NCBI GenBank assembly: GCA_040954595.2
Contig: CM082589.2
Location: 1,665,910-1,729,909 of the forward strand
Source of the DNA: Balanoglossus misakiensis
Lineage: Eukaryota > Animalia > Hemichordata
DNA length: 64,000 nucleotides
Reading direction: 5' to 3'
The notes under the pieces were generated by a model that was given only the letters and a program-made list of their open reading frames with translations, was not told where the DNA came from and ran no database searches. Positions 11,601-22,200 of the stretch are shown here, piece by piece (position 1 is the first letter of the stretch; the number at the start of each line of letters is the position of its first letter). The translations under genes and the position numbers were made by a program.

Positions 11601-13588
11601 TTACACTTACAGATTCGATCTGATCAATACTGATCTTCTCCCCACTTCCTTTCTTTGTGCTGTATTCCTGTCCCAAGTATTGTTTACTGAGAGACGTCAA
11701 CAGAGGCAAGAGACGACTGTCTTCTTCTAGGTACGGCACAGATCTCGCTGTCAACTGAAAATTGAACACTTCTAATCAGATCTTAGTTTCTATCACTGTC
11801 TTTTGGCGTAAAAAATTACACCAGAGAAAATTGAAGATACAAAAATGTATTAAAGATAAATACTCACAGCAAGAGCATGTGACAAATTGGATCTAAACGC
11901 ATTCAACACAATGGATACCAAGTCTGAACGTGGGACGTATGCAAAACCCTGGAAAATGAAATGAAAAAGAACATGTAAAGGAAAAGTGTTTTCTACTTGA
12001 GTCTTTGCCAAGAACTGGACACGATATAGTTGCCGACATATACCTATATAAGTTTAATTGTATTTTCAGAATTATATACATACCTTTTGCAAGTAAACTT
12101 TTCTTGATTTCACAAGATCAAGGGCTTCAGTAAAGGGAACCTAAAACAAAAGAACAATTTATTAGAAAACTACAACCGTTCCACATTTCTTTTGATGAGA
12201 AGTTTGAGTAAAATGTTGTTTACATCAAACTTTGAGATCAGTTTCTTGAAATCTGACTTCACATTGTCACATGACTTACCTTGAAGTAGTCTGTGTTTTC
12301 TACTGTTGTCACCGACATGTTGTAACTAGAATCGGCCAACTTCTTGGCTATTTTCTCTTTTTCAGAGTCTGGTATCTAAAAATAACCAAATTGATTTAAA
12401 TACATTTCTGCAGTTCTACAAATATAATAAAGTTGCAAAACAAAAAAAGATTTGTGAGAAAGGAAAGTGGTGCCTGTCATCTGTAAAAATATCGCATAAT
12501 TTTTCAGATCACACATTACTTACTGGCTGGTAGTGTAGATTGTTCTGTTGGAGGAATAAAGTGATGCTGTCCTTAGATTCTTTCTGGAAGCGATATCGGA
12601 AGAGATCCACTTCCTGCGCAATGAACCATCTTCGTAACTCTTCACTGTTTACATAGAAGTGAGATGACAATCAATGGATGTCTTATTATAAATCCATGTG
12701 AACAAGATCAGCTGAAATTTGACAGCTTACATGTACATTTAAGATTGCTTCATACATGAAGTACAATAAACATGAACAGCTTGGAATCTAAACTGAATGG
12801 CTACTTACGATCTGCAATACGCCAGTCTCAAAATAAAATGTGAAATGTGGTCTTTCCGTCTCTCATCATAATCTCTATCGCTCTCTTCATTTTGAAGATC
12901 AGTCTAGATTTGTAACAAAGAAATGCATATGCATTGTTATTTTAACTGGAGCATAGATTTCATTAATGATTATGGAAATGTGTCTTTCCATCACTGCGTG
13001 CACGACCAAGTTGGTATTTTGATGAGAATCGGATCATTTCTGGACTTGTAACACTTATGGAGATCAGTGCTGTGCAGCCTGAAACGAACACTACAATGTA
13101 CATGTCTACAGAATGGCCAATTGTTATGCATGCTGGGCTCTGCAGACTTTCAAACCATACTTACCATTCTTGCAGCAACTGGCATCAGTTTTCTCAACTC
13201 TTTCATCATAGTTTCCATGTATTGTTCATTTCCCTTCAAATACTTGATTCCAGTGGATTCAACATGCTTCAGAACTGTGTACAGGAAAAGACATTGAAAT
13301 GAACACAAGTAGACTGCTCAATGACCTTACACATTAATAATACTAGTACATCGCCTCGGCAGATTTGCGTCCACACCTTACGGTCTCGCGGTCAAGTTCA
13401 TTGTTTCTAGTCTTACCTTTCAATCGCTCTATGGCAAAATCTTCAAATTCCGTCAATGAAATATTGTCCGCAGGCGGAAGAGCGTAGAATTGAAGATTGT
13501 GAACGTACTGTCCTCTTCGGCGATCCCCGGTCAAGAAATGTGATTTCCTCCTTCTGGTCGCTTTTCGTTTACCGACACCGAATTCCAT
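5434..13588 (-). CDS. PRIM2: DNA primase large subunit (p58), complete 14-exon gene, ~534 aa
   Basis: Exons 13588-13417, 13274-13165, 12903-12809, 12644-12524, 12375-12280, 12140-12084, 11948-11868, 11754-11611, 11281-11099, 6660-6534, 6402-6320, 6163-6095, 5946-5856, 5609-5434 join in frame (1605 nt). Motifs: [107 protein letters not shown]. All four 4Fe-4S Cys ligands are present. Confidence 0.96.
5621..5726. repeat. Perfect 53-bp tandem duplication
   Basis: aaaaataaaaataaaaatgatacatttatgaatataaatgatacaagaggatg occurs at 5621-5673 and 5674-5726. Confidence 0.9.
5739..5823. mobile_element. 85-bp piggyBac-type MITE, copy 1 (PRIM2 intron 13)
   Basis: TTAA-CCCTTTC...GAAAGGG-TTTAA; its reverse complement matches 60752-60836 along the whole length. 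Confidence 0.7.
5856..5946 (-). CDS. PRIM2: PRIM2 exon 13
   Basis: [22 protein letters not shown]; cag|...|gtgaga. Confidence 0.92.
6095..6163 (-). CDS. PRIM2: PRIM2 exon 12
   Basis: [23 protein letters not shown]; cag|...|gtaagt. Confidence 0.93.
6320..6402 (-). CDS. PRIM2: PRIM2 exon 11
   Basis: [16 protein letters not shown]; cag|...|gtgaga. Confidence 0.93.
6534..6660 (-). CDS. PRIM2: PRIM2 exon 10
   Basis: [31 protein letters not shown]; cag|...|gtaaga. Confidence 0.95.
7952..10201 (-). CDS. Intronless TRIM-NHL E3 ubiquitin ligase (TRIM2/3/71-like), 749 aa, nested in PRIM2 intron 9
   Basis: Single ORF from the first ATG at 10201. Domains: RING CPIC...CYHSFCLPC...CPTC; B-box1 CEFC...CVDC...CDVC..H; B-box2 CKVH...CDTC...CNEC..DH; coiled coil; filamin repeat (DNGDGRH...GKYKV...IPGSPF); NHL repeats ([15 protein letters not shown]...VADCHNNRI; GEFKGP...[12 protein letters not shown]). 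Confidence 0.95.
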   Translation of the reverse strand: MAASKPKTPEEVLDEIGEDFLSCPICLEQFKNPKILPCYHSFCLPCLEKLVEKTGRLLCPTCQSPVQLPGGRVSKLTNSFLMNSLLQVVESRKEEIRQQEKKNCEFCEEAEATLFCVDCEQHYCDVCLEKIHKKLKQAATHEVLTVEEYKKGESRRLKQKLIQNCKVHSQNEVKYFCDTCQIPICNECTIIDHRSPNHAHRYLQEVADEFSKKMSRMVEKLKVKAQEVDQNTAVSRDACKNVTEGCMAEKTKVTKQKGALIDKIEKEEKQLVEKLNLNCSLEVKGLQAEIDDLQLNYEKLVSTCSYVETLMHHGTVAQLVSSGNSVMSQMEELVAMDTKPDITCEVVEFVPSDNVTKDGILGLVKSDVCIAECTVDNIPKSLLKGESVDVVITTKDKSGKTVIPRQEVKVTITKPNGIQEDRDVIDNGDGRHTATIHTQMEGKYKVTMVIGDQKIPGSPFGFDVIKGLVKTLGKLGSGKGEFNHPFSLAINRNGDLVVADCHNNRIEVIGMDGKWKKSLTFTKFEKKFFPIDVAVSADNRYFMTDLNNEQVVVSDEDGNVIKCFGQTELKNPRSICISPLDGAVYVSDWDGVFGDGTDKTAGHCIRKYTQDGQYIKSLGSYGDNNGEFKGPFMMVVDNQGILFVADCGNHRVQVFNADDQFLYKFGILGKGDGQLCGPSGVCLDPDRYVYVTDLCHRIQKFDFSGRFISRVDRKEDGLNYPRGMVVSDCVPTKLFVADFGNHCIRVYVL
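10494..10580 (-). pseudogene. Degenerate duplicate of the TRIM 5' end (start-codon region), forming a 38-codon ORF 10539-10423
   Basis: 10494-10580 aligns by eye with 10156-10241; it encodes [16 protein letters not shown] versus the TRIM's [16 protein letters not shown], then diverges and stops. Confidence 0.8.
10789..10959. mobile_element. Possible hAT-like MITE upstream of the nested TRIM
   Basis: Imperfect terminal inverted repeats CAGGGATGTAGAT / ATTTACATCGCTA plus internal inverted motifs GTCGGTCAA / TTGACCGGC; no clear TSD. Confidence 0.3.
11099..11281 (-). CDS. PRIM2: PRIM2 exon 9
   Basis: [14 protein letters not shown]...[18 protein letters not shown]...VDPDK; cag|...|gttagt. Confidence 0.95.
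11611..11754 (-). CDS. PRIM2: PRIM2 exon 8
   Basis: [19 protein letters not shown]...ISIDQIES; cag|...|gtaagt. Confidence 0.92.
11868..11948 (-). CDS. PRIM2: PRIM2 exon 7
   Basis: [27 protein letters not shown]; cag|...|gtgagt. Confidence 0.92.
12084..12140 (-). CDS. PRIM2: PRIM2 exon 6
   Basis: [19 protein letters not shown]; tag|...|gtatgt. Confidence 0.92.
12280..12375 (-). CDS. PRIM2: PRIM2 exon 5
   Basis: IPDSEKEK...TDYFK; tag|...|gtaagt. Confidence 0.9.
12524..12644 (-). CDS. PRIM2: PRIM2 exon 4
   Basis: [19 protein letters not shown]; cag|...|gtaagt. Confidence 0.93.
12809..12903 (-). CDS. PRIM2: PRIM2 exon 3
   Basis: [18 protein letters not shown]; tag|...|gtaagt. Confidence 0.92.
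13165..13274 (-). CDS. PRIM2: PRIM2 exon 2
   Basis: [12 protein letters not shown]...; cag|...|gtaagt. Confidence 0.9.
13417..13588 (-). CDS. PRIM2: PRIM2 exon 1
   Basis: MEFGVGK...[26 protein letters not shown]; donor G|gtaaga. Confidence 0.92.
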
Positions 13589-13678
13589 GGTTTGTCGGAA
13601 ATGCACTAAAACACGTCGAAATAAGTATCGCACGCTAACTTTACCCTTGTGTTTACAATCTACATCAGCAACACGGAA

Positions 13679-13692
13679 TTTGGCGCCATCTT
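13679..13692. promoter_or_regulatory. Overlapping E2F (TTTGGCGC) and YY1-type (AAGATGGCG on minus) motifs upstream of PRIM2
   Basis: Sequence tttggcgccatctt, ~90 nt upstream of the PRIM2 ATG in CpG-rich DNA. E2F control is typical of replication genes. Confidence 0.5.
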
Positions 13693-14264
13693 TTAAGCTT
13701 AAGTACGTACGCATGCGTATCGCATATGTTGTATTTAAATCTCGACTTGTTACGCGAGATTTTTCGTGAGATAAAACAAAAGTCTGGTTCCCTTGGACGC
13801 TGCTGGCGCTACCTCTTTCCGTGCCACTGTCCGTATCTTCTACTTTACACCAGATAAAAATACACAAACGTACTATTTAATTTACATTTTAATACTCCAA
13901 TTGACTGTAATAAAAGATACTTACAATAGACAACTGCTCTATGATCAAAATCAAATTACATTTCACAAGTAAAATGTGACATAATCGTTCTACGGATTTT
14001 GCATAATGTTTCTCATTGAAAAAGAGTTTGAATATCGAAAGTCAGGTGAAACGAAGGATGGTGCACCCGCCGCTGTTGTCGTCGTCGTTGACGATGTTAT
14101 TGTTGTTGTTAGGACATCGCTTTTTGAACAGAAGGACGTTGGTAGGCCTAAATCTGAAGGAAATGCGAAGTGTGTGGCATTGACTTGTGTCGATGACTGT
14201 TCGGCCGCGGTCGCGTGTACACATCCAATCCGGTGCGTAAGCTGAGCTGACATTATCGGAAGCG

Positions 14265-14458
14265 CTAGTCGTCTGTACTCAATAAACGCACTTCGCCCGC
14301 TTCTTGACAGATATCTCTTAGCCTTGTTACCATGGTAATGTGCTGGAAAAAGGAGAAGGTGACACGTTGTATAAGTGAGATGCCGTTAGAACATAAGTCG
14401 TGGTCCCGGCCCCGATATCTGTGGTCACTTTCAAAGGAATTCAAGAACAAGTTTTCAT
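14265..14458 (-). CDS. DMRT putative terminal exon 3
   Basis: aatag| acceptor in phase 1, open to TAG; ATTAAA (minus) at ~13876-13881 downstream. Confidence 0.45.
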
Positions 14459-16232
14459 CTATTTTGAAAACTAGAATCCTTATAAGCTGTTGCCTACCAA
14501 TTTGAATCGCTTGATATCGCCTTTCACCACCAAAGTAAAATCTAATATCAAAAGATAGCATTTATGTTCATTTAAGGGGAAAAAATCCTGATAAACACCT
14601 GTTGTTTCTGTTGGTAATGGAGCATATGTGTGTCTGTGTGTCATGGGTCTCGCGTGATCCATTGGCGGCTGTCTGTACGGTGGTTGGGATGGCGTTGGGT
14701 GTCCCGTTGCCGACACGTCTGCCGTGCTGTACATACCAACTTGGTTTCTGTTCTCCAGTTGGAAAGGGTGGTCTGAAAAATGCACGATAGTCCATGAAAT
14801 CTGACCTTGAAGGCAAGGGGAATCGAGAAACGATGTTCAATTTTTTTTTAATTAAAGTTTCAAATGCAGAAGTAATATCTGCGAAAAATAAACTTCCCAA
14901 CATGTAAGTAAAATAGATAAGCTAATATCCTGGCCCAAAGGATTTAGCTGTTTTACAAAATCCTTTCCGACTAAACAGATTTTCGAGTTCTGGTCTATTA
15001 TTTCAGTCCGTTATCAACTGAAACAGACCAGGATAGCTGTTCGATACTTTGTTTCATATTAACTTACAGTTTAGTATCGAGAATGATATAAGACGGCGAC
15101 CCGACCGCCTGTTGTCGCGAATTCGAATTCGTTCTTGGGTGACGGATAATTCGTGGAATGCCGTGCTAAAGATATCAGACTACACCTAGGATCATTGCAA
15201 GGTTACGCGTTCATTAATACTTCAGGAAATTGGAGGCAACAATGACGTCGCTGCATACTGCATAATATTTACTTGGCCGCAAAACATTTCCTAGAATCTG
15301 TACAAATGACCCCGGGTATCATGGTCGTGTACAATGAATACCTTGTCACGATGTTCGATTTTAAAATAGATGTTTTCATTTGGGAAAACATCTAGGAAAA
15401 GATGACTCCCTTTTTCACGTCCTTCCCCTTCACTGACGTCTCATGACCATGAAAGCCGACTTTCACAAACAAGAATTAAGACAGATAAATATAAACAACA
15501 CGTCAATCATGCATGATACTTGTGTTTCCGAGTCCTCTGAAGTGCTGTGTAGAACTTCATTCCCTTTATAGCATCAATTTTGTTGATGCTGTTGTTGTTT
15601 TTGTTGTTGGCGACGGCGGTAGTAGTGATACAGAGCTGGGTTGATTCGATTGCATGGGTTCGAATCCCACCACCGCACCACCAAAGGTAACTTTGAGGCC
15701 TCTCCTGCTCTCTGTATCTTCAACTAAGTTTTCAGCGCAATCAAACAATCCAAAACTAAAAAACTGGGTTGAAAGCTGAAGCGTCCGACGAACAAGATAA
15801 TTTCGGAGTATTCCTTCTGAACTGTCTGATTCATTCCAGTTTCTCTCCCTTTTTTGTCGTACATGCAATTTCACAACCCTCTCTCTCTCTCTCACCTGAC
15901 CGCCCAACTACAGTCGATACTCGTCCTTGCATACCACACAAATCAGACCGGTCTCCGAGCGCAGTCGAACTCTGTTGTCTCGCCCATGTTGGAAAGGGGA
16001 CCGGAATATGTATTCCTAAATGCTCCTCCTGGGTATGCTGTCTCCGCAAAGCCACCTGGGCCGCCATTACTCTCTGCCTCTCCACGATTAAAATGCACTT
16101 TTCACACGTGCAGTTTCGCCATTGGCAAAATCTTTTGTGTCCCTTGAGCCAGGAAATCACGCCGTGGTTTCGACAACGGGCGCATTTAGGGACCCTGTGC
16201 GATTGCGATGACGTCGTGATCTTGCTCATCAT
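14265..16232 (-). CDS. DMRT/doublesex-family DM-domain transcription factor (~234 aa model)
   Basis: Exon 1 (16232-15896) encodes a complete DM domain, [53 protein letters not shown]. Proposed exons 14772-14599 and 14458-14265 are phase-compatible (1-1) with AG/GT ends but lack recognisable homology. Confidence 0.8.
14599..14772 (-). CDS. DMRT putative exon 2 (Pro/Thr-rich)
   Basis: tttttcag| acceptor, G|gtgttt donor, open frame DHPFQLENR...[12 protein letters not shown]... Confidence 0.6.
15896..16232 (-). CDS. DMRT exon 1 (DM domain)
   Basis: Canonical intertwined CCHC/HCCC zinc module plus recognition helix; donor G|gtgaga. Confidence 0.95.
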
Positions 16233-19200
16233 TAAAACTAAACTGTGTTACACTGGTTCTATATAGAGCATATCATACTTTTCTCGGGTATGATCTACCG
16301 CACTTTGTTTTTGTTGGCAAAACTTTGGGTTATTGGTCCAACTTGGTCGGTTCACATTCCCTCTTGATGGCGCTGCTTAGCACGCCGCCCAGAAAGACAG
16401 TAGTATCTTTGAATGATGGAATGCGTAATTTCAACTTGATCAAGAGAGTTCGCGCAGGTAACGATCTGACATAAGCAAAGAGAAGAAATTTATAAAGGAA
16501 AATTGTGGGACGGTCACAACCCAGTGACGTTAGTGAGACTGTGGAGTGCGCCCTCTTTGGACGCGTTCACATGAAGCTCAGAGATTCCCTTTTCGTTTGA
16601 TCAAACGGTTGGGTGTGATGTGCATCCAGTGGAGTATAGTATACCCAGTTATACATTTTCAGGAGCGCCCCGCTTTTGTACATCTTTCCCCCGAGCAAGC
16701 AGGGAAGCCCTGATTTAACGAATGACAATTTTAGCTGCAGCCAGGCAAAACCTCGTATACTGGCTGCATCACAACCCGTGCCACCTGCATTGTTGTACTT
16801 TCAATGAGCAAACGCAAAATCGAGATATGCATTATTCCATTTAGTAAAACTGCCATGAACTTCAATAAGATTTAGGTCAAACGTTCCCTCGTAAAATACC
16901 AATGTCATTTCATTTGATTTTTTAAAAATTGATGCTCTTGATAGGTCCGAAATCGTTTAAAATGTCAACGTTTCACTCTGCTAAAACAGCAATTTCAGAA
17001 TCCCAAAACGATGTATAAGGCTTTGCCGCGACCTTTCCATACCTGATGCGTAATTGCAAACTAGTGAGGGAACTGAAATGGAAAATGAAATATACGAGCA
17101 CCTCTGCTGCGCGATATTTTATCGATCACTGTTATCGCCAGTGAACGTCTCGTGACCTCTGAACCCGTTGCCATTATTTCATTATCAGGTATACTGGAAC
17201 AGCTTGCAATTTCATAACACATTTTTATTGCGCAGAGATTCCAATCGTGCGGTTCTGACTTCATGGGACGTCGCAACGCGTTGCCCCTTTCACGTCGAAA
17301 TTGCCGTAAGTTGGCCGTAAATTGCCGTCTTCTCTCAGTGCGACCAAGTAGTGCTAAAAGGAAACATGTCGTAAAATCACCACTTGGCCATACGGGAAAA
17401 GACATTAGTTACACGGCGTGTAAAGGACAAGTGAATGTCGCATGTGTGGGAGCCCCCGGGAGGGATATGGGTTCGCTGTCACGTGGTCGCGTGTGTGCAC
17501 CGGTCTGTGTAGTAGACCTGCGCACTTCGCTTGGCCGGCTGCTGGTATCAATCTATCGCTGATCGAACGCCATGGAAACTCAAATCTTCTTCGCGAGCAA
17601 AAAAAATCGCCCATTACTCTCCCCATTATTGGGAGATTTGGTGTGATCATCCTGCACCAAAGACTTCGGGCCGTTGCGTCTAATGCCGGCACTCCCCCGT
17701 GTCTGACCTTCGTGCAATGACGCTCCCGCGGGGAGGGCATTGGTCGATGTACCCACCAAGCACCCCTGCCTATCTCATATATGTAATTTTGCGCCCGTAC
17801 TGCGTTATTTTGCTATAAAAGTTAAAACACGTACATTCTTACATTTATAAAAGACACCTCTTTCCCACCCGTAACCGAATCACCGTGCCATCAGTCTCAC
17901 CCCGGGAGATAAATTATATGGTGGATTATACAGAAGGTGGGTGCCTTTGAACAATAATGGCGACGACGTCCAAAGCGATAAATATATGCAACGCCATTAA
18001 CACTGTGAGACAAGTTTGTGCTCAATATTCATATACACTTATACACATTGGAGAGAGAGAAATGAACTGGTACTTCGGATGGGGAAATGTTACTCACACG
18101 CCTTTCAACTTTTTGATGAAAATGAATAAATTCAATTTATATTTTACAGCTTCTGGAAGATTGACTCATTGGGACCACGGAGAATCGTCACGACTCGCAC
18201 GATAACATATAAAGCGTTGTGTACTGCGATATGCATTTAATTTTGGGTGTTTCGGGTTCGGTTCAACCTCGTTTGCTGTCGTGTGTTCATTGGAACAAGT
18301 ACAAACACGCAGTCACCGTTCACATGTCGCTACACATACATATTTGAAGAACAGTGGTGAATGTAAATTAGCGAAGAAAGGTCTCAAAATACAATCCACA
18401 CTATGCCGCCGAGATTTTAAATCTATGATCATGTTCGCTCGCCATTTTTGTCGCGTCCAGTTTGTTTCATAGAACATTACTATTGCAGTCCCCTGTCACT
18501 AAAACAACATCGCGTCTGTTTAGATATAAACAGATGTCTGTGGCCGATCAACGAAAGAGAACGGCTTTATTTTCACGACTATCTTGTACAGGACAGTTTC
18601 ATAGCTCACTTTATAACAGAATATCTGCAAAATCTAAATCTAATGTACGAAACCAAACTTACTGAATACAAGAACACGCCTATCTACCAGGCACCCCCAC
18701 CCCCTCCCTCCCTCATACACCCGCTGATCACCCATTTCAGTTTCGAACTCGAATTACTGTTCTTCAAGTTGCACACCCGCAGGTAAGCGGTGTTCGATCG
18801 AGCCTTTCCCGTTATCCATTTGCGCTCTGAGCACAAGAGCCTTGCTTTATTAAAGGAAATAAAACTATTGGGACGTTACACCTATCGCAAATTTGGCAAT
18901 TTCGATTACATTGTACTTGCCAACGAGGTTCGCCTGTGTCCTTTGAACTAAAACGATCTCGGTGTTCGTGTCAACCATTTTGATCACCGGAGTTTAATGC
19001 GTTCGATAAAACCCACATCGTGCGAAACTCGCAAATCCATACACGATATGGGACCCACGGTAACACATTCACCACGCGGCCTTTTAAAAGCCGGCCCCTT
19101 CAGTCATCCGTATTTAACAGTAAAACTGGTGATGGTGATTTATCATTGCTTTGCTTAGATGCGGGTATATCTGTGATTCAGCATCGTGGATTTGTGTTGA

Positions 19201-22200
19201 TCGACACATAGACCATGAAAAACTAAAAAATATACCAATTCTTAGAGATTTGCGATACCTGACAGTACAGTGCAGTGCGACATTTTTTTTGGCTGACACT
19301 TGGGAACGAACTAAACCCGCTGCAAATTTGCTCTGTGACAGGTGATGTTTGTAGACTTGCACTTTCTGTGCGAATTTGAGAGAATGGCGTCTGTGACAAT
19401 GATAGTTTGACCGGTCGTCAAATATTTTCCCCAACTGATGTTAACCCAAACAACTGCTGGCCCGTCCGCACACAAAGAAATCCGATGAATAATATATGAA
19501 CATTAGCCGACCAATCAAATCTTTCCATACATAACGACAGTGGAAGCACTTGTACGAAAAGCAATCCAACACACGCACGTGTTTGCAGGTAAATCTATTT
19601 ATTACACGCGCATGGCGGGCGGTATAAATCACTGAGTTGAAAATTGCGGAAGGGTTCTCTGTCGGAACTTGATGTAGAAAGACTGAGGTGGGAGAATGCC
19701 ACGCAAAGGAAGCTGGGTAATAATGCTAAATCCAGGACCCCCCCCCCCCCGCCCGCTCCCTCGGCGGCCAGCCGCACCAGCGTTCACAAAGTGGTACCTC
19801 AACCCATATAATTCTCTGACACAGAAAATGTCATGCATAGTTTTAAGTCAAAGACAATTTGAAATTGTTCTATCATTTCACTCATTCTTTTGAAACAGAC
19901 TTTTTGAACTCGGATGAAAATCAGCGCGCGTGTTATATATAATACCCATTCTAAAAAAAAAGAAAGAAACAGAATTGGTATCTGGCGTCAACATATGCTA
20001 CCAACCTATCTAAACAGGGGACTGGTATTCTTTAGATATATTGCAAAACAGCGAGTTCGCCTCTCTGTACAAACAACATACGCGCCGTCTATTTATTTTT
20101 GAGTTAGATGAATCGTTGACGTGACGTAGGAACAATCCTACCTGTTCAAACCTGCATAGCATGACCGATGTTGCTCGCCCATAAAATTTTACACAGATAA
20201 CAGATTGCGCCGCTGGCATGAAAAGGGAATCCGGAACGAGGCCATAACTCTACCATTTCGCGCGCTGCATCGGTCGCCGGACGAATTTGACGCTAACCAA
20301 TGGGGAGTTGTCGTTTACAGTGACGTTAAATTTTACGGACCAAATAAATAACGATTTCAGTGGCTTAAAGCACCCGGACATAAAAAAAATTGACAGAAAT
20401 TTTCAACAAAACCACGTAATATAAATTCTATAAGAACGCCCTTCAAAAAAAAAAGCTTACCCGGAAAGGGACGTTTTAATCATGGAGTTCACATGTAACA
20501 TAATATACATCTCTGGAAAGAAAGCTGATCCAAATTTCGCTAATTTCGTCGCGCCATTTTGAAAAAAAATACGCCGTTTATGTGAAGAATTATGTTCCAT
20601 ATTAACTAGAAAATCATTGAGTCAGCTGTTCAATTTTACTGCAATTAGGAAACATACCGCCAATGATTAGAAAGAAATGTCCCAAACTAATGATCGGATT
20701 CGAGCAGACGATATTTTGAATATCGCCAATTTTTTGTTGTTTTGTTCTTACAGCAAAATTTCCACCGCATGAATTGACCCCTTGTATCCATGCGAATTTT
20801 CTACTCAAAATCGCACCCACTTTCTCCGAAATTCTGGTCATTTTTCCAGTTTAATTGAAATTTTTTTTAGAAAGTACTAGGCGCCTCGTAATTTCTGGCG
20901 AATCGTAGGAAATTAGACGCGGGACAAAAGAGGCTCATCTGAACGAGTAGCATCCAACAATTCCAGCCTACCGCACTCAAAGAGCCCGCGAAACAGTAAT
21001 AATGATCTCAATATATAAAACCCTCTTCGAATCTAATGTCTCGTTCATCCTTGCGAGTTTGGTTTCTATGCTCCGATTCGAACCGGCTTGCCGTAAACAC
21101 GGGACGTAATTTAGCGTTCCTTTTCATTTTCTTGGTTCATTTGCGCAGCGTTTGTATTCCTCCCTATCCCATATGGCCTTTCTTAATGACGTGGCCGAGA
21201 TTCGTCTTGTGTGCCCGTATCGCAACCGCGCAAACGTAGCCTGACGTGCCGTGTCAGGTTGAATTTCATGCATGGGATGCCACGTTTTTCATAGCCAAAG
21301 AACTCTCATTTTTCATGTATTAAAATTTGCATACAATTTGCAAAATTGACACCGCTCCGTACTGAAAGGCAAATCCGACCCGCAATATGCCACGGCGGTT
21401 TTCATTTGCAATCAGAATAGCGCGGGAAATGTGGAGCTCTTTGCTGAAACACGCTCGGGTTCCTTGCTATCTGTATTCACTCCCCCACATCTTTGTCATT
21501 ACACTGTACATTTTCTCAATAGGGCCTACAATGCGGCGTATTAACCAGACGTGGTTGCAATGTTTGTTGGGACGACTCAGTTAGCGTTTTATTGGATGGA
21601 AAAATATGCACCGAATTTCCTTTTATTACCGCGCACAAAGGAACCACATGGAACCCTCCGGTCAAAAAAGCTGTCGAACAGTCCCGTCAGAACAAATCCG
21701 TCTCCTGGAAACGCTAATGAAATTGGATATATAACGGCAGCCTGGTATATTCTCGGGGCACGATGACTCGAGATCTCGCGAGATCTCCTTCTTTGCATGC
21801 ATCCCAGGCCGGCTGAGCTGGTCTGCGAGTAATTGAATTAACGTTATAAGTCAGGACACGCGTGATTGGTTCGTTTTGACGAAAGCTAACATATTTCACC
21901 ATTCCGACAGTGTTTTATTCTCTCTAAATATCTGCATGGAAAACTTACGTTCCGACACTAAGCTGGATAAACAGTACCGGGTTGTGATGTGGTGCCTTGC
22001 CGAAAGCGAGGCATGAACTGGGTTAACGAGAAATTTACTCCCCTTGATAGAAATGATATATGCGCTCTTTTTTTTGTTAATCTTCGGAAATCCAGGTCGT
22101 GAGCTCACAGTGTTCATTTCTCACTCTCTGACAAGAAGACTCCGCGCTGGTGACACTGATTGGAATGGTGACTTGGGGTCGTTTTTATGGTGTGTGTAGT

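Noticed and set aside
13589-13867. N-terminal extension of the 174-aa ORF upstream of the PRIM2 ATG
   Set aside because: PRIM2 homology starts at MEF (13588); the upstream part overlaps promoter-like motifs and the listed ORF starts at a non-ATG codon.
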